Source of the DNA: Myxococcales bacterium
Lineage (GTDB): Bacteria; Myxococcota_A; Polyangia; Polyangiales; Polyangiaceae
Reading direction: 5' to 3'
Length of the DNA stretch: 64,000 nucleotides
Assembly (NCBI GenBank): GCA_043747615.1
Contig: JAYTOU010000060.1
Coordinates: 141,630 to 205,629 of the forward strand
The notes under the pieces are model-generated. The model was not told the DNA's origin and did no database searches. It saw only the letters and a program-made list of their open reading frames with translations. Made by a program: the position numbers and the translations under genes. Of this stretch, positions 26,488 to 35,765 are shown one piece after another. Positions within the stretch are counted from its first letter, which is position 1. Each line of letters begins with the position of its first letter.

Positions 26488-27441
26488 CTACACGCTGGTG
26501 AACATGCGGAAGGCGGCGACGGTCTTCTTGAGGCCCGCTTTGACGTCGACCTTGGGCTCGTAGCCAATCAGCTTCCGGGCGGCGCTGATGTCGGCCAGCG
26601 AATCGCGGACGTCGCCGGCGCGCTCCGGACGGTAGTCGGGGTCGAAGGTGGTTCCCGTCTCTTCGCCGATGCACGTGAGGAGCGTGTTGAGAGAGATCCG
26701 CTCGCCGCATGCGACGTTGACGACCTCACCCGAGAGCTTGTTCTTCGTGCTCGCCGCGAGAAGATTCGCCGACACCGTGTTCTCGATGTAGCAAAAATCA
26801 CGGGTCTGCTCGCCGTCGCCGAAGACGATGGGACGCGTTTTTTTCAGGCCTGCGGTGATGAAGTTGGGGATGACCGCCGCGTAGTGGCTGGTCGGATCTT
26901 GCTTCGGACCGAAGACGTTGAAGTACCGCAGACTGAGCGTTTCAATGCCGTAGAGCGAGGCGAAGACGCGAAGCATGTGCTCGCAGGTGAGCTTCGAGAC
27001 CGCGTACGGCGAGAGCGGCGCCGGGTTCATGGTCTCCACCTTCGGGAGCTCCTTCGTATTTCCGTAGGCCGAGGAGCTCGCCGCGAAGATCAGCCGCTTC
27101 ACGCCCGCCTGCCGCGCCATGTCGAGCACGACGGTCGTCCCTTGCACCCCGACGTGCACCGAACGCTGCGGATTTTCGACGGAGCGCGCGACGGATGGAA
27201 TCGCCGCCTCGTGAAAGACGATCTCGACCCCCTCCATGCATTTCTTCACGGTCTCAGGGTCCACGATCGTTCCCTCGACGATCTCAAGCTTGCCTTTCAG
27301 CTCCTGGAGGTTGGCCAGGTTCTGCCGCCGCCCGGAAGAAAAGTCGTCGAGGATGCGCACCGTCTCGCCCGCCTTGAGGAGCTCCTCTGCGAGGGAAGAA
27401 CCAACGAAGCCCGCACCGCCCGTCACCAGATACGTCGTCAT
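26488..27441 (-). CDS. NAD-dependent nucleotide-sugar 4-epimerase (WbpP/GalE-like extended SDR)
   Basis: TGGAGFVG, ASSSAYG, PYAVSK (YxxxK), RYFNVFGP and GDGEQTRDF. SD GGAGGGG before ATG 27441. Confidence 0.93.
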   Translation of the reverse strand: MTTYLVTGGAGFVGSSLAEELLKAGETVRILDDFSSGRRQNLANLQELKGKLEIVEGTIVDPETVKKCMEGVEIVFHEAAIPSVARSVENPQRSVHVGVQGTTVVLDMARQAGVKRLIFAASSSAYGNTKELPKVETMNPAPLSPYAVSKLTCEHMLRVFASLYGIETLSLRYFNVFGPKQDPTSHYAAVIPNFITAGLKKTRPIVFGDGEQTRDFCYIENTVSANLLAASTKNKLSGEVVNVACGERISLNTLLTCIGEETGTTFDPDYRPERAGDVRDSLADISAARKLIGYEPKVDVKAGLKKTVAAFRMFTSV

Positions 27442-27674
27442 TTTCCCCTCCAGCCTACTCCCCCGACCATCCGATGCGTCGAGTCCGTTTTTCGAGTCGA
27501 ATGCCCACAAAAACGCCGGCGGACGCAAGCCCATGCAGCGTGACCCCAGGAAATGCCGGCTTGTTCTGCAAATGAGCGAGCCTTTATGCTCGATGGAGCA
27601 TCTATACCTGGATGCGCCCCCCCAGTTCGGTCGACAAAGCGCGTATCTTACCTTCCTTGAGACAGACAGTTCGC

Positions 27675-29318
27675 ATGAACGCCTCTTTTCGCCCGCCTCC
27701 CATCGCGGCCGCCTCGGCACAAGCTCCGACGCCGCCCGAGCAGTCTCCCCGCGAACGAATCGCAAGGGCGCGGTCGCTCGCCCGGCGGACCCGCGCCTAC
27801 TGGAAGATGTCGGCGCTCCTCTTCGTCTTGGGCTGCGTCATCGCGGTCGGCGTGGCCTTCACGGTCAAGCGCATCTACCGCTCGGAGTGCGTGGTCCTCG
27901 TGAAGCCGGCCATGAAGACGGACGACCGAGACGAGTCGCCTTCGGAGAAAGCCCTGAAGCTCGCGCCGAAGCTGAAAGACACGCTCCTCACGAGGTCGCG
28001 TCTCGAGCCGATCATCAAGGAATTTCACCTCTACCCGACGACTGTTGAATCGAAGGGGATGATCGACGCCATCGAGGAGATGCGCCTGCACATCGGGCTT
28101 CGCGGGAGAGACAGCGAGACCTTCGTGATCTCCTTCGAGGCCGAGGATCCCGAAGAGACGCGGGCGGTGACCCAACGCCTGGCCGACACCACGATGGCCG
28201 ATTTCAAGAAGACGAACCTGAGCGCCACCCGCCAGCAGGCTGATTTCCTCGCGACCGAGGAGCAGCGATCCGAGCAGGAGATCGAGAACGCCAACAAGGC
28301 GCTCGCCACGTTCCTCGCGGCGCACCCGGAATTTGCGGCCGACACGTTGAACTCACCCTTCACGCCTCAGCGCAACGGCGTTCCCGGTGGGGTTGCTCCC
28401 GGGCAAATCACGAACATTCCTGCGCAACCGAACGCCCCGATGGATCCGCAGCTCGCCGCACTCTACCGCCAGAAATCGCGCATCGAGGCGGAGATCAAGG
28501 CAGGGGCCGCGGGCAGCGGCGGTGCCGTTCAGGCCCCCGCGAACGAGACCGTCGCGAGCCTCACCAAGGCGCGAGACGACGCGGCGAGAAAGGCGGCGGG
28601 GGCGCAAGCCGAGCTCGCCGATAAACGAACACACCTGACCGAGCAGCATCCCGACGTGGTCGCGGCGCGGACCCTAGCGGACCAGGCTGCGCGCGCGTTG
28701 CACGTCGCCGAGGCCCAGCTCGAGTCCGCGAAAGCGGGTGGCGCGCCCACCCCGGTGGACACCAACGGAGCATCACCCGAGCTTCAAAAGAAGCTCACCG
28801 AGGTCAGTCAGCAAATCGGGCTTCGTAACGCGGAGGTCGCGCGACGGGGAGCGGCGCCGGCGAACGCGGTCGATCCCAAGCCGGCGGAGACGATGAATCC
28901 ACTCGTCGCGCTGGAGACGGACTGGGCGCGGCTCCTTCGCGCGACGAGCGATGCGAAGGCGGCACACGACGAGATCCAGCGCCGCACGGAGCGCGCGAAG
29001 CTCCACGCGAGCGCCGCGGAGGCTACCAGCGCAGATCAGATGGAGGTCATCGATCCCGCGTACAAACCCACCAGGCCCGCACGCGGTGGACGAACGAACG
29101 CTGCGCTCATCGGCGCCGCCATCGCCCTCATCGTCTCTGTCGGATATGCCTTTTTGCGGGTTCTCTTCAACGACACCATCATCGACGCGGCCGACATCGA
29201 GGCTCTCCAGCTCATTCCGGTGCTCGGAATCATGCCGAGGCTGCCTCCGGGAGCAGGCGGACCGAATGAAAATCCCAACCGGGACATGACACCTGGAGGA
29301 TCACCGCGTGTCGCCTGA
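27675..29318 (+). CDS. Polysaccharide co-polymerase (PCP, Wzc N-domain/GumC-like)
   Basis: Two TMs flanking coiled coils, TEQHPDV, VIDPAYKP and LIPVLGIMP. No Tyr-rich tail. Confidence 0.88.
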   Translation: MNASFRPPPIAAASAQAPTPPEQSPRERIARARSLARRTRAYWKMSALLFVLGCVIAVGVAFTVKRIYRSECVVLVKPAMKTDDRDESPSEKALKLAPKLKDTLLTRSRLEPIIKEFHLYPTTVESKGMIDAIEEMRLHIGLRGRDSETFVISFEAEDPEETRAVTQRLADTTMADFKKTNLSATRQQADFLATEEQRSEQEIENANKALATFLAAHPEFAADTLNSPFTPQRNGVPGGVAPGQITNIPAQPNAPMDPQLAALYRQKSRIEAEIKAGAAGSGGAVQAPANETVASLTKARDDAARKAAGAQAELADKRTHLTEQHPDVVAARTLADQAARALHVAEAQLESAKAGGAPTPVDTNGASPELQKKLTEVSQQIGLRNAEVARRGAAPANAVDPKPAETMNPLVALETDWARLLRATSDAKAAHDEIQRRTERAKLHASAAEATSADQMEVIDPAYKPTRPARGGRTNAALIGAAIALIVSVGYAFLRVLFNDTIIDAADIEALQLIPVLGIMPRLPPGAGGPNENPNRDMTPGGSPRVA

Positions 29319-30090
29319 GGACGGAGCTTGGGATTCGTCGCAAACGCTCATCGCTTCGCAAGTGGCGATCGTCCCGTCATCATCGGGAGGGCATGATTCG
29401 CCTGTACGGGTAGTGCCAGCCTGGGCCTCCCCGCCGGACACCCACGTGCTCGTCATGCTCGGAGACTCTGCGCCCGAGGCGACCGCCGCTCTCCGCGTAA
29501 TCCGTCATCGCCTCGAGCAAAAGCGCGCCGACGGGATGTGGATTTTTGGGATCACCAGCGCGCGCGACGGTGAGGGGAAGAGCACCTTCGCGACGCAAAT
29601 GGCCCTTGTTTTGTCAGAGTCCCAGCGCGCACGCGTGCTCCTCGTGGAGGCGAATTTCGCCCGCCCGAGCCTCGCGCGCCTGCTCGGATTTCGTGTGCCG
29701 GAGGGGAACGGCTTTTCCACTCAGATCGTCCGCAAGATGCGCGGGAGCCTCGAGCCTTGGTGCGTCGTCGCGCTCGGCCCTGCGCTCCACGTCCTCGCGG
29801 AGGCCGAAAGTGAGCCCGGCTTTCCAGAGACGCTCCATTCCACGCATTTCCAGAATGCCATCGGATTTCTCGGCCGCGGCTACGACTTCTTGGTCGTGGA
29901 CTCCCCGAGCATCCTCGGCTCAGGCGACGCAAACGTCGTCGAGAATGCGGTCGACGGTCTCATCGTCATCACCCGCAGCCACCATTCCAAGGGCTCCGAT
30001 CTTCGCGAGGCGGTGAAGCAGATCGGCGAACGCAAGACGGTGGGCGTCGTCATGTGGGACGCGGAGCCGAAGAGCAACGGCAAAAGGTAA
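29308..30090 (+). CDS. CpsD/CapB-family BY tyrosine kinase-like protein (probable pseudokinase)
   Basis: Walker A SARDGEGKST is present. Walker A' reads VLLVEAN (canonical DxD), Walker B reads VVDSPS, and there is no C-terminal Tyr cluster. Confidence 0.82.
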   Translation: MSPEDGAWDSSQTLIASQVAIVPSSSGGHDSPVRVVPAWASPPDTHVLVMLGDSAPEATAALRVIRHRLEQKRADGMWIFGITSARDGEGKSTFATQMALVLSESQRARVLLVEANFARPSLARLLGFRVPEGNGFSTQIVRKMRGSLEPWCVVALGPALHVLAEAESEPGFPETLHSTHFQNAIGFLGRGYDFLVVDSPSILGSGDANVVENAVDGLIVITRSHHSKGSDLREAVKQIGERKTVGVVMWDAEPKSNGKR

Positions 30091-31271
30091 TGCGGCCTCC
30101 CGCCTTGTGGCAGCTCGATCCGCGAGCGCTTCCCGGTCCGCTCCGAAAGCTCGGGGCAAAGGAGCTGCATCTGTGGGTCGGGGCCTGGCTCTATGACCGC
30201 GCACGAAAGCTCGCAACGACACGGGCGCAGGGGACCAAGCACCTTCTCTTCGCGCTGTGCGATCACTACGAGCCGCTCCACGGAAACGCGTCGATGGAAG
30301 TCGGTATCGAGCGGGTCCGAGCGTGGCGCACCCGCTATCCCGAAATGGCGAAAGGCTTTCGTGACCACTCCGGTCGCCCTCCGCAGCACTCCTATTTTTT
30401 CCCCGGTGAGCAGTACGATCCGCGGCTGATCGAGCCGCTCGGTGAGCTATGCGAGCTCGGCCTCGGGGAGGTCGAGGTGCACCTCCATCACGACGGCGAC
30501 ACCCGCGAGACACTCCGCGCGTCGCTCGAGCAAACGCTCGAAGACCTCGGACGCCACGGCGTCATCTCCCAGAAGAACGGCAAAGCAGCCTGGTCGTTCA
30601 TTCATGGCAACTGGTGTCTCGCAAACGCGCGGCGCGATGGCCGCTGGTGCGGCGTCGACGACGAGATGACGCTCCTCCATGAGCTTGGCTGCTACGCCGA
30701 TCTCACCTTTCCGAGCGCTCCCGATCAATGCCAGCCCGGCATCGTGAACCAGATTTATTATCCGACGGGCGATCCCGCGCGACGCCGCGCCTACGAATCG
30801 GGCCACGCCGTTCGCGTCGGAACGCCCAAGGAACAGCGCCTGCTGATGATCGAAGGCCCCATTGCTCTCGCACGCAGACCTCGCTCACGCTCCATTCGGA
30901 TCGAGAGTGGAGCCATCGATGCCTCCGATCCGCCAAGCGCGGAGCGCCTGCGAACCTGGGTCGATCAGCAGGTGGGGGTCGAAGGAAAACCAGAGTGGGT
31001 CTTCGTCAAAGTGCACACCCACGGCGCGCCGGAGGCGAACGCGGAGGTCATGCTCGGCGAGAAAATCGGCGCCCTCCACCGGGCACTCGCTGCAACCTAC
31101 AACGACGGTTCGCAGTGGAAGCTCCACTACGTAACCGCGCGCGAGATGTACAACGTGGCCCGAGCCGCGATGGACGGCATGAACGGCTCGCCGGACACGT
31201 ACTACGACTACGAGATCCCGCCCCCTCCGCGAAAATCAGCCGCGTGGACAAAAGTTGGCCGCGCCGGCTGA
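30090..31271 (+). CDS. Conserved hypothetical protein, possible metal-dependent carbohydrate esterase/deacetylase-like fold
   Basis: CDHYEP, EVHLHH, FIHGNW, YADLTFPS, FVKVHTHG and LHYVTAREMYN motifs. TAATG coupling to the BY-kinase gene. Confidence 0.7.
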   Translation: MRPPALWQLDPRALPGPLRKLGAKELHLWVGAWLYDRARKLATTRAQGTKHLLFALCDHYEPLHGNASMEVGIERVRAWRTRYPEMAKGFRDHSGRPPQHSYFFPGEQYDPRLIEPLGELCELGLGEVEVHLHHDGDTRETLRASLEQTLEDLGRHGVISQKNGKAAWSFIHGNWCLANARRDGRWCGVDDEMTLLHELGCYADLTFPSAPDQCQPGIVNQIYYPTGDPARRRAYESGHAVRVGTPKEQRLLMIEGPIALARRPRSRSIRIESGAIDASDPPSAERLRTWVDQQVGVEGKPEWVFVKVHTHGAPEANAEVMLGEKIGALHRALAATYNDGSQWKLHYVTAREMYNVARAAMDGMNGSPDTYYDYEIPPPPRKSAAWTKVGRAG

Positions 31272-31291
31272 AGGCGGCGATATTCCCAGCA

Positions 31292-31618
31292 ATGGACAGC
31301 ATGAGCGATTTCGGGCGCAGCTCGCTTCCCAAGAAACCCTGCGTGGTGTGCGGCGCGAACGATGCGCGCGGAGCGGCTACCACCCGGCTCTCTACGGGCG
31401 AACTGGTGGTCGTATGTGGCTCGCACGAGCTCATGCACCGGCGCTCGTCGAAGACGGCGCGATCGGTGAGCGATCTCAAATCACTTCTTCAAGATCGGAG
31501 GAGCATGCGCGATCGACGTTCGCTCCGGAGCGGCGAAGAGGGCGACGAGCTCGGTGCCCAGCTGTCGGAGGCGTTCGCCATCGATCAGCGCGACGCAAGT
31601 GACCGCCGTACGGGCTGA
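31292..31618 (+). CDS. Small zinc-finger-like protein
   Basis: CVVC...CGSH potential Zn ligands and DRR repeats. Confidence 0.65.
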   Translation: MDSMSDFGRSSLPKKPCVVCGANDARGAATTRLSTGELVVVCGSHELMHRRSSKTARSVSDLKSLLQDRRSMRDRRSLRSGEEGDELGAQLSEAFAIDQRDASDRRTG

Positions 31619-31671
31619 CTTTCCAGCTTTGCGAAGCGAGGTCTCAGCGCGGGAGAGATCGCTGCCGATTT

Positions 31672-33192
31672 TTACTGCAGGTGGCGCTGTAAGAGAGTCA
31701 GCATTTTTCGGTCGAGCTTGTGACCGTGAAACGGCTCGTAGGCGACGTCGGCGCGCTCCGAATCCAGGATTCCAAACTCTCCGCGGAAGTTCCAGAGAGC
31801 CCAGCCCCAGCCGGCTTTTTTCCAGGTGCTGAGCTCGTCTTCCATCCACGCGAGGACCGCTCCATGCGGCGCTTTGTGGAAGGCTCCGAACTCTCCGACG
31901 AAGACGCGAACGCCGTTGTGCTCGACTTCCTTCCAGGGAACAAGTCCGCTCGCGAGCCATGCACGGTCGATCATCGGAGTGCGCTCCGGGTCGACGGAGC
32001 CATCGAGCTTCAGATGGACGACGCCCTGCTTGGCTGTGAAGTCTTCGGTCGTCGCGCTCAGGTGCGACTGGCCTATGGCGATCGATGAGAACGAGAGCCA
32101 GTCGCCGTCTTCGACGGAGAGCTCGATCGCATTCGTGCCGGCAGGAATGTCGACGACGTAATCCCGATCATAGATATTTTGATAAGTAGACCACTCGGGT
32201 TTGAAGACGACTTTCTTCCACTCTCCTTCTCCGGGGCCTGGCGCGAACGTCTTTTTCCACACCGGTGCACCGTTGGCCTTGATCTCCAGGTGCGCACGGG
32301 TCGAGACCTGCAGCACATGCAGGGTGAGCGTGGTCGCGATCGGAAACGCTCCCTCGATGCGCAAGGGGCTCTTCAGCTCCGGTTTCTGGCTCCCGAAGAT
32401 CAGACGATTGACGTTCGGCATGGGCCACTCCGGAATCGGAAAATCCGTGCTCGTCGGATCCCAGTGGGTGAGCTGCCTCGGCGCGTAACCGCGGGTCGCT
32501 TGAATGACGGGGAGATCACTCAGCGTCGGTAGCGGTTGCTCGGCGTACTTCAAACCATCGACGATGATGGGTCGCTTCGGATCGATCTCCCAGATCGCAT
32601 GACTCACGGAGCGCACGAGCTTCCCATACGTGGCGGCATCGACGCCCGCAGGCTCATTCAAAAGATTGAACGAGAGATCCTCCGCCGGAGTGCCTCGGTA
32701 GCGAAGGGCGAGGCTCGTCCACTGGTAACGAAAGGCCTCTTGCGCCTCGAGGTCCGTCCAGAGGCTTCGCTCTTCGGGCGGACGCGCCACGGTGTATCCG
32801 GGTGCGCGGTGAAGATTCAAACAGACATGAAGATCGTATTTCTGCCCCCACGCGACGGCTTCGTCGATCCGCGTCAGGCTCCGTTCGTCGAGCTTGTGCC
32901 AATTTTTTTCGTCCGTCCAAATTCGGTAGTCCATTGGTAGACGAACGAAGTTGAATCCGAGCTCGTGAATCCATTTGAAATCATCTTCGTTGAATGCGCT
33001 CGTGGCTTGCTCTTTCCGGAACATGCCGAGCAGGTTGAAACCGCGCCACCGCGCGCTGTTCGGTGAGTCGTCGTGCCGAGCCTGATGCGCCGCTTCGTTT
33101 GGTACATGCGCTGGTGCACGTGTGGGATGGGCACCGCAGCCCAGCAGCAGGCCCAAAAGGATCCGTGTGCGGTGACGTCGCATGAGGGCCAT
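31672..33192 (-). CDS. Glycoside hydrolase family 5 lipoprotein with an inserted beta-domain
   Basis: RGFNL, GFNFVRLP, NLHRAPG, NEP (acid/base), VGEFG (nucleophile) and GWALWN. LLLGC lipobox; start 33192 or 33183. Confidence 0.9.
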   Translation of the reverse strand: MALMRRHRTRILLGLLLGCGAHPTRAPAHVPNEAAHQARHDDSPNSARWRGFNLLGMFRKEQATSAFNEDDFKWIHELGFNFVRLPMDYRIWTDEKNWHKLDERSLTRIDEAVAWGQKYDLHVCLNLHRAPGYTVARPPEERSLWTDLEAQEAFRYQWTSLALRYRGTPAEDLSFNLLNEPAGVDAATYGKLVRSVSHAIWEIDPKRPIIVDGLKYAEQPLPTLSDLPVIQATRGYAPRQLTHWDPTSTDFPIPEWPMPNVNRLIFGSQKPELKSPLRIEGAFPIATTLTLHVLQVSTRAHLEIKANGAPVWKKTFAPGPGEGEWKKVVFKPEWSTYQNIYDRDYVVDIPAGTNAIELSVEDGDWLSFSSIAIGQSHLSATTEDFTAKQGVVHLKLDGSVDPERTPMIDRAWLASGLVPWKEVEHNGVRVFVGEFGAFHKAPHGAVLAWMEDELSTWKKAGWGWALWNFRGEFGILDSERADVAYEPFHGHKLDRKMLTLLQRHLQ

Positions 33193-33238
33193 ACGCGAGT
33201 GATTGTGGACGCTACGGCAGCAGCCACCTACGATTGAA

Positions 33239-33796
33239 ATGGGGGGCTCTAAAACAAATGAACCCGCCGCATCCCGAGGTCGCTCAGTGAGCACGGATCC
33301 CAGAGACGACGAGCCGCGCCCCAGTGACCGGCCCACGGAGATCCCTGAGTTCGATCTGCAGAAGTTCGCCCGGCGCGATGTCGATCGGTCCACGGACCCG
33401 GAGGTGCAGGTCACGGCGGAGACCGATCCGCGTCTCCTCAAGCTCGCTGAAACGCTGGAGATCCGTCAGTACGATGCAGCGCAGGTGCTCGCCCGCGACA
33501 TCCTGAAGACCCGCCCCAACGACATCATTGCTCTTACGTGCATTCAGGAGTGCAGCGCGGGGCTGGAGGCGCTCCACGCTTTTTCGACCGCGGCACTCGA
33601 CAAGGTCCCCTCTGCGGCGATCGGCGGTCCTCCCATTCACGATCTGCGGCTCGATCACCGGGCGGGCTTCCTGCTCTCGCTCATCGACGGCGTGTCTCCG
33701 ATTTCCACCATCTTGGACATGTGCCCGCTGGCACGGGGCGAAGCGCTCGCGGTGCTCTTCGCGTTGGTCGAGGACCGAATCATTGTCCTCGCCTGA
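33239..33796 (+). CDS. Hypothetical myxobacterial protein (TPR-like helix pair + LDHRAGFLLSLIDG domain)
   Basis: Disordered N-terminus followed by the recurring myxobacterial LDHRAGFLLS.IDG C-terminal domain. Confidence 0.75.
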   Translation: MGGSKTNEPAASRGRSVSTDPRDDEPRPSDRPTEIPEFDLQKFARRDVDRSTDPEVQVTAETDPRLLKLAETLEIRQYDAAQVLARDILKTRPNDIIALTCIQECSAGLEALHAFSTAALDKVPSAAIGGPPIHDLRLDHRAGFLLSLIDGVSPISTILDMCPLARGEALAVLFALVEDRIIVLA

Positions 33797-33818
33797 CCAC
33801 GCGACGTAGCCTCGGTCG

Positions 33819-34088
33819 ATGTCGGATTCTCAGCCACACCGAACGACCAAGTGTTTTGATTGCGGGAATGAGTCGCCCCCCGGCGATGAGCAAACGCCGC
33901 TCATCAGCATCAAGTACGGGTGGCGCTTGGTGCGCGGAGTCGACGGGGCCGGCAAGCCGGTGGGCCAGTGGCGATGCCCCGAGTGCTGGCAATCATTCAA
34001 AGATTTTCACAACGCCATCTCACCGATGCAGGGCGTGCCAGTATTTCGACCTTCGGCACGGACGCCTCCGCCGAAGAAAAAAAGTTAG
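33819..34088 (+). CDS. Small zinc-ribbon protein
   Basis: CFDC...LISIKYGWRL...WRCPECW. TAGCCT box 6 nt upstream of the ATG. Confidence 0.72.
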   Translation: MSDSQPHRTTKCFDCGNESPPGDEQTPLISIKYGWRLVRGVDGAGKPVGQWRCPECWQSFKDFHNAISPMQGVPVFRPSARTPPPKKKS

Positions 34089-34462
34089 CGGGTTCCCGCC
34101 GAGCGGTACGCTGCCACGAGGTGCATGAGAGCGGCGGTGACCGAGGAGGCAAGCTCGGTGATCGGTTCCTCGTTGGGCGCACGCAACACCAGGAAGTCCC
34201 GAGCGATCACGTCGTAGCGCGCGAGGTGACGAAGCAGCACCAGCGACCCATGGTCCCCGAGATCCAGCGATGGCCCAGTCAAGCGGATCTCCTCGGCGAT
34301 GGCTCTTCCAAACTTGCGCATCACGGCGACGAGCGCCTCGATCGGAATCAGCGCACCCTCTTCATTTCCGATCTGCACACGGAGCGCGTCGTTTTCGCGC
34401 GACAAGAAAAGGTCTTCGAGCGTGCCGTCGTCGCGCGTTCGCTGGTGGATGAGGAGCTTCAC
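34085..34462 (-). CDS. Hypothetical protein
   Basis: Protein-like region begins at GTG 34462 (VKLLIHQRTRDDG...RHLARYDVIARDFLVL). TAGGCT box 7 nt upstream. Confidence 0.65.
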   Translation of the reverse strand: MKLLIHQRTRDDGTLEDLFLSRENDALRVQIGNEEGALIPIEALVAVMRKFGRAIAEEIRLTGPSLDLGDHGSLVLLRHLARYDVIARDFLVLRAPNEEPITELASSVTAALMHLVAAYRSAGTR

Positions 34463-34592
34463 GTTGGCGAGCCTAGGTCTGCCATCTCCGCTGGTCGATT
34501 GCGAAGGCGTCATCGGCCGCTGGCGGACCAGGAAACGACGGCGATGGCAAGACGGCCTTGCCTGCATACTAAAGCTGGTATTGTTGGGGGCG

Positions 34593-35663
34593 ATGCTCCG
34601 GAACTTCATTGCAGCGCACCAGGTAAAAATTCTTGCGCGAGCACGACTGCGTGTCGCGGCACGAAATACCCCGCTCGCAACGGACGCGGGGCTGACGCAC
34701 GGGCTTCCCGCGTTTTTGGATCAACTTTGTGAGGCGTTGCGGAAAGCTTCCTCGCACGAAGCGGTCGACCACGAGGCGCTTGAGCACACCGCAGGCGAGC
34801 ACGGCGATGCGCTCTTCCGTCAGGGGCTCACCATCGGACAAGTCGTTCACGCGTACGGTGACCTCTGCCAAGTCATCACGCACCTCGCCGTCGAAGAGAA
34901 CGCCCCCATCGGGTCAGAGGAATTCCGAACCCTGAACCTCTGCCTCGACGACGCCATCGCCGGCGCGGTGACCGCGTACGCGGGCCAGCGTGAGAGCGTG
35001 ATCTCTCACCAAGGCACTGAGCGGCTCGGCGAGCTCACTCACGAAATGCGGAACGTGCTTCATACCGCGCTCCTTTCGTTCGCGAGCATCAAGAAGGGCT
35101 CCGTGGCTCCCGGCGGTAGCACCGGCGCGATCCTCGAGCTGAGCTTGCTGCGACTGAACACGCTCATCCATCGTTCGCTGGCAGACGTCCGCCTCGACGT
35201 TGGAGTCGCGAACGTCGAGCGCGTTCCGGTATGGCAGATCTTCGAAGAGGCGGAGATCGGCGGCGCGATGGTGGCCCAATCGTTAGGGACTCATCTCGTG
35301 GTGGGGGCGGTCGATCCGGCCGTTGTCGTGATGGCAGATCGTCAGATCCTGGCTGCCGCGGTCACCAACTTGCTTCAGAACGCCTTCAAGTTCACGAGGC
35401 CTGGCACCAGGGTGTGTCTAACCGCGAGCAGCACGGCGACCCGCGTCCTCATCGAGGTCGAAGACGAGTGCGGCGGTTTACCGCAAGGAAAGGCGGCCGC
35501 GCTCCTGGAGCCGTTCGTCCAGCAAGGGCATGATCGGACGGGGCTCGGCCTCGGGCTATCGATTTGCTCGAAGGCGGCAAAGGCCATCGGCGGCGAGCTT
35601 CGAATTCGCGACCGTCCCGGCAAGGGGTGTGTGTTCACGCTCGATCTGCCGCGACAGTACTAA
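34593..35663 (+). CDS. Cytoplasmic sensor histidine kinase with RsbRD-N-like N-terminal domain
   Basis: HG..LFRQG.TIGQVVHAYGD; H-box HEMRNVL; N-box NLLQNAFKFT; DECGG; GLGLGLSI. No TM segments. Confidence 0.9.
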   Translation: MLRNFIAAHQVKILARARLRVAARNTPLATDAGLTHGLPAFLDQLCEALRKASSHEAVDHEALEHTAGEHGDALFRQGLTIGQVVHAYGDLCQVITHLAVEENAPIGSEEFRTLNLCLDDAIAGAVTAYAGQRESVISHQGTERLGELTHEMRNVLHTALLSFASIKKGSVAPGGSTGAILELSLLRLNTLIHRSLADVRLDVGVANVERVPVWQIFEEAEIGGAMVAQSLGTHLVVGAVDPAVVVMADRQILAAAVTNLLQNAFKFTRPGTRVCLTASSTATRVLIEVEDECGGLPQGKAAALLEPFVQQGHDRTGLGLGLSICSKAAKAIGGELRIRDRPGKGCVFTLDLPRQY

Positions 35664-35673
35664 GTCCGACCAT

Positions 35674-35689
35674 CGGGAGGATCCTCCCG
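35674..35689. terminator. Perfect 16-bp palindrome between the convergent kinase gene and tRNA
   Basis: CGGGAGGATCCTCCCG lies 10 nt after the kinase stop. No U-tract. Confidence 0.35.
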
Positions 35690-35765
35690 GGTCTGTCGGC
35701 GCGACGATCCCCGTCCCGCTGGTGCTGGCAACTCCTGCTCCGAAAGAGGCGAGGCCGTCGACTAG

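Noticed and set aside
27442..27765. Long N-terminal extensions given by the ORF track for the epimerase (also GT2, GH5, kinase 34299, cdaA, ribF)
   Set aside because: They overlap neighbouring genes or promoters and lack homology. Downstream starts with SD, coupling or -10 signals fit better.
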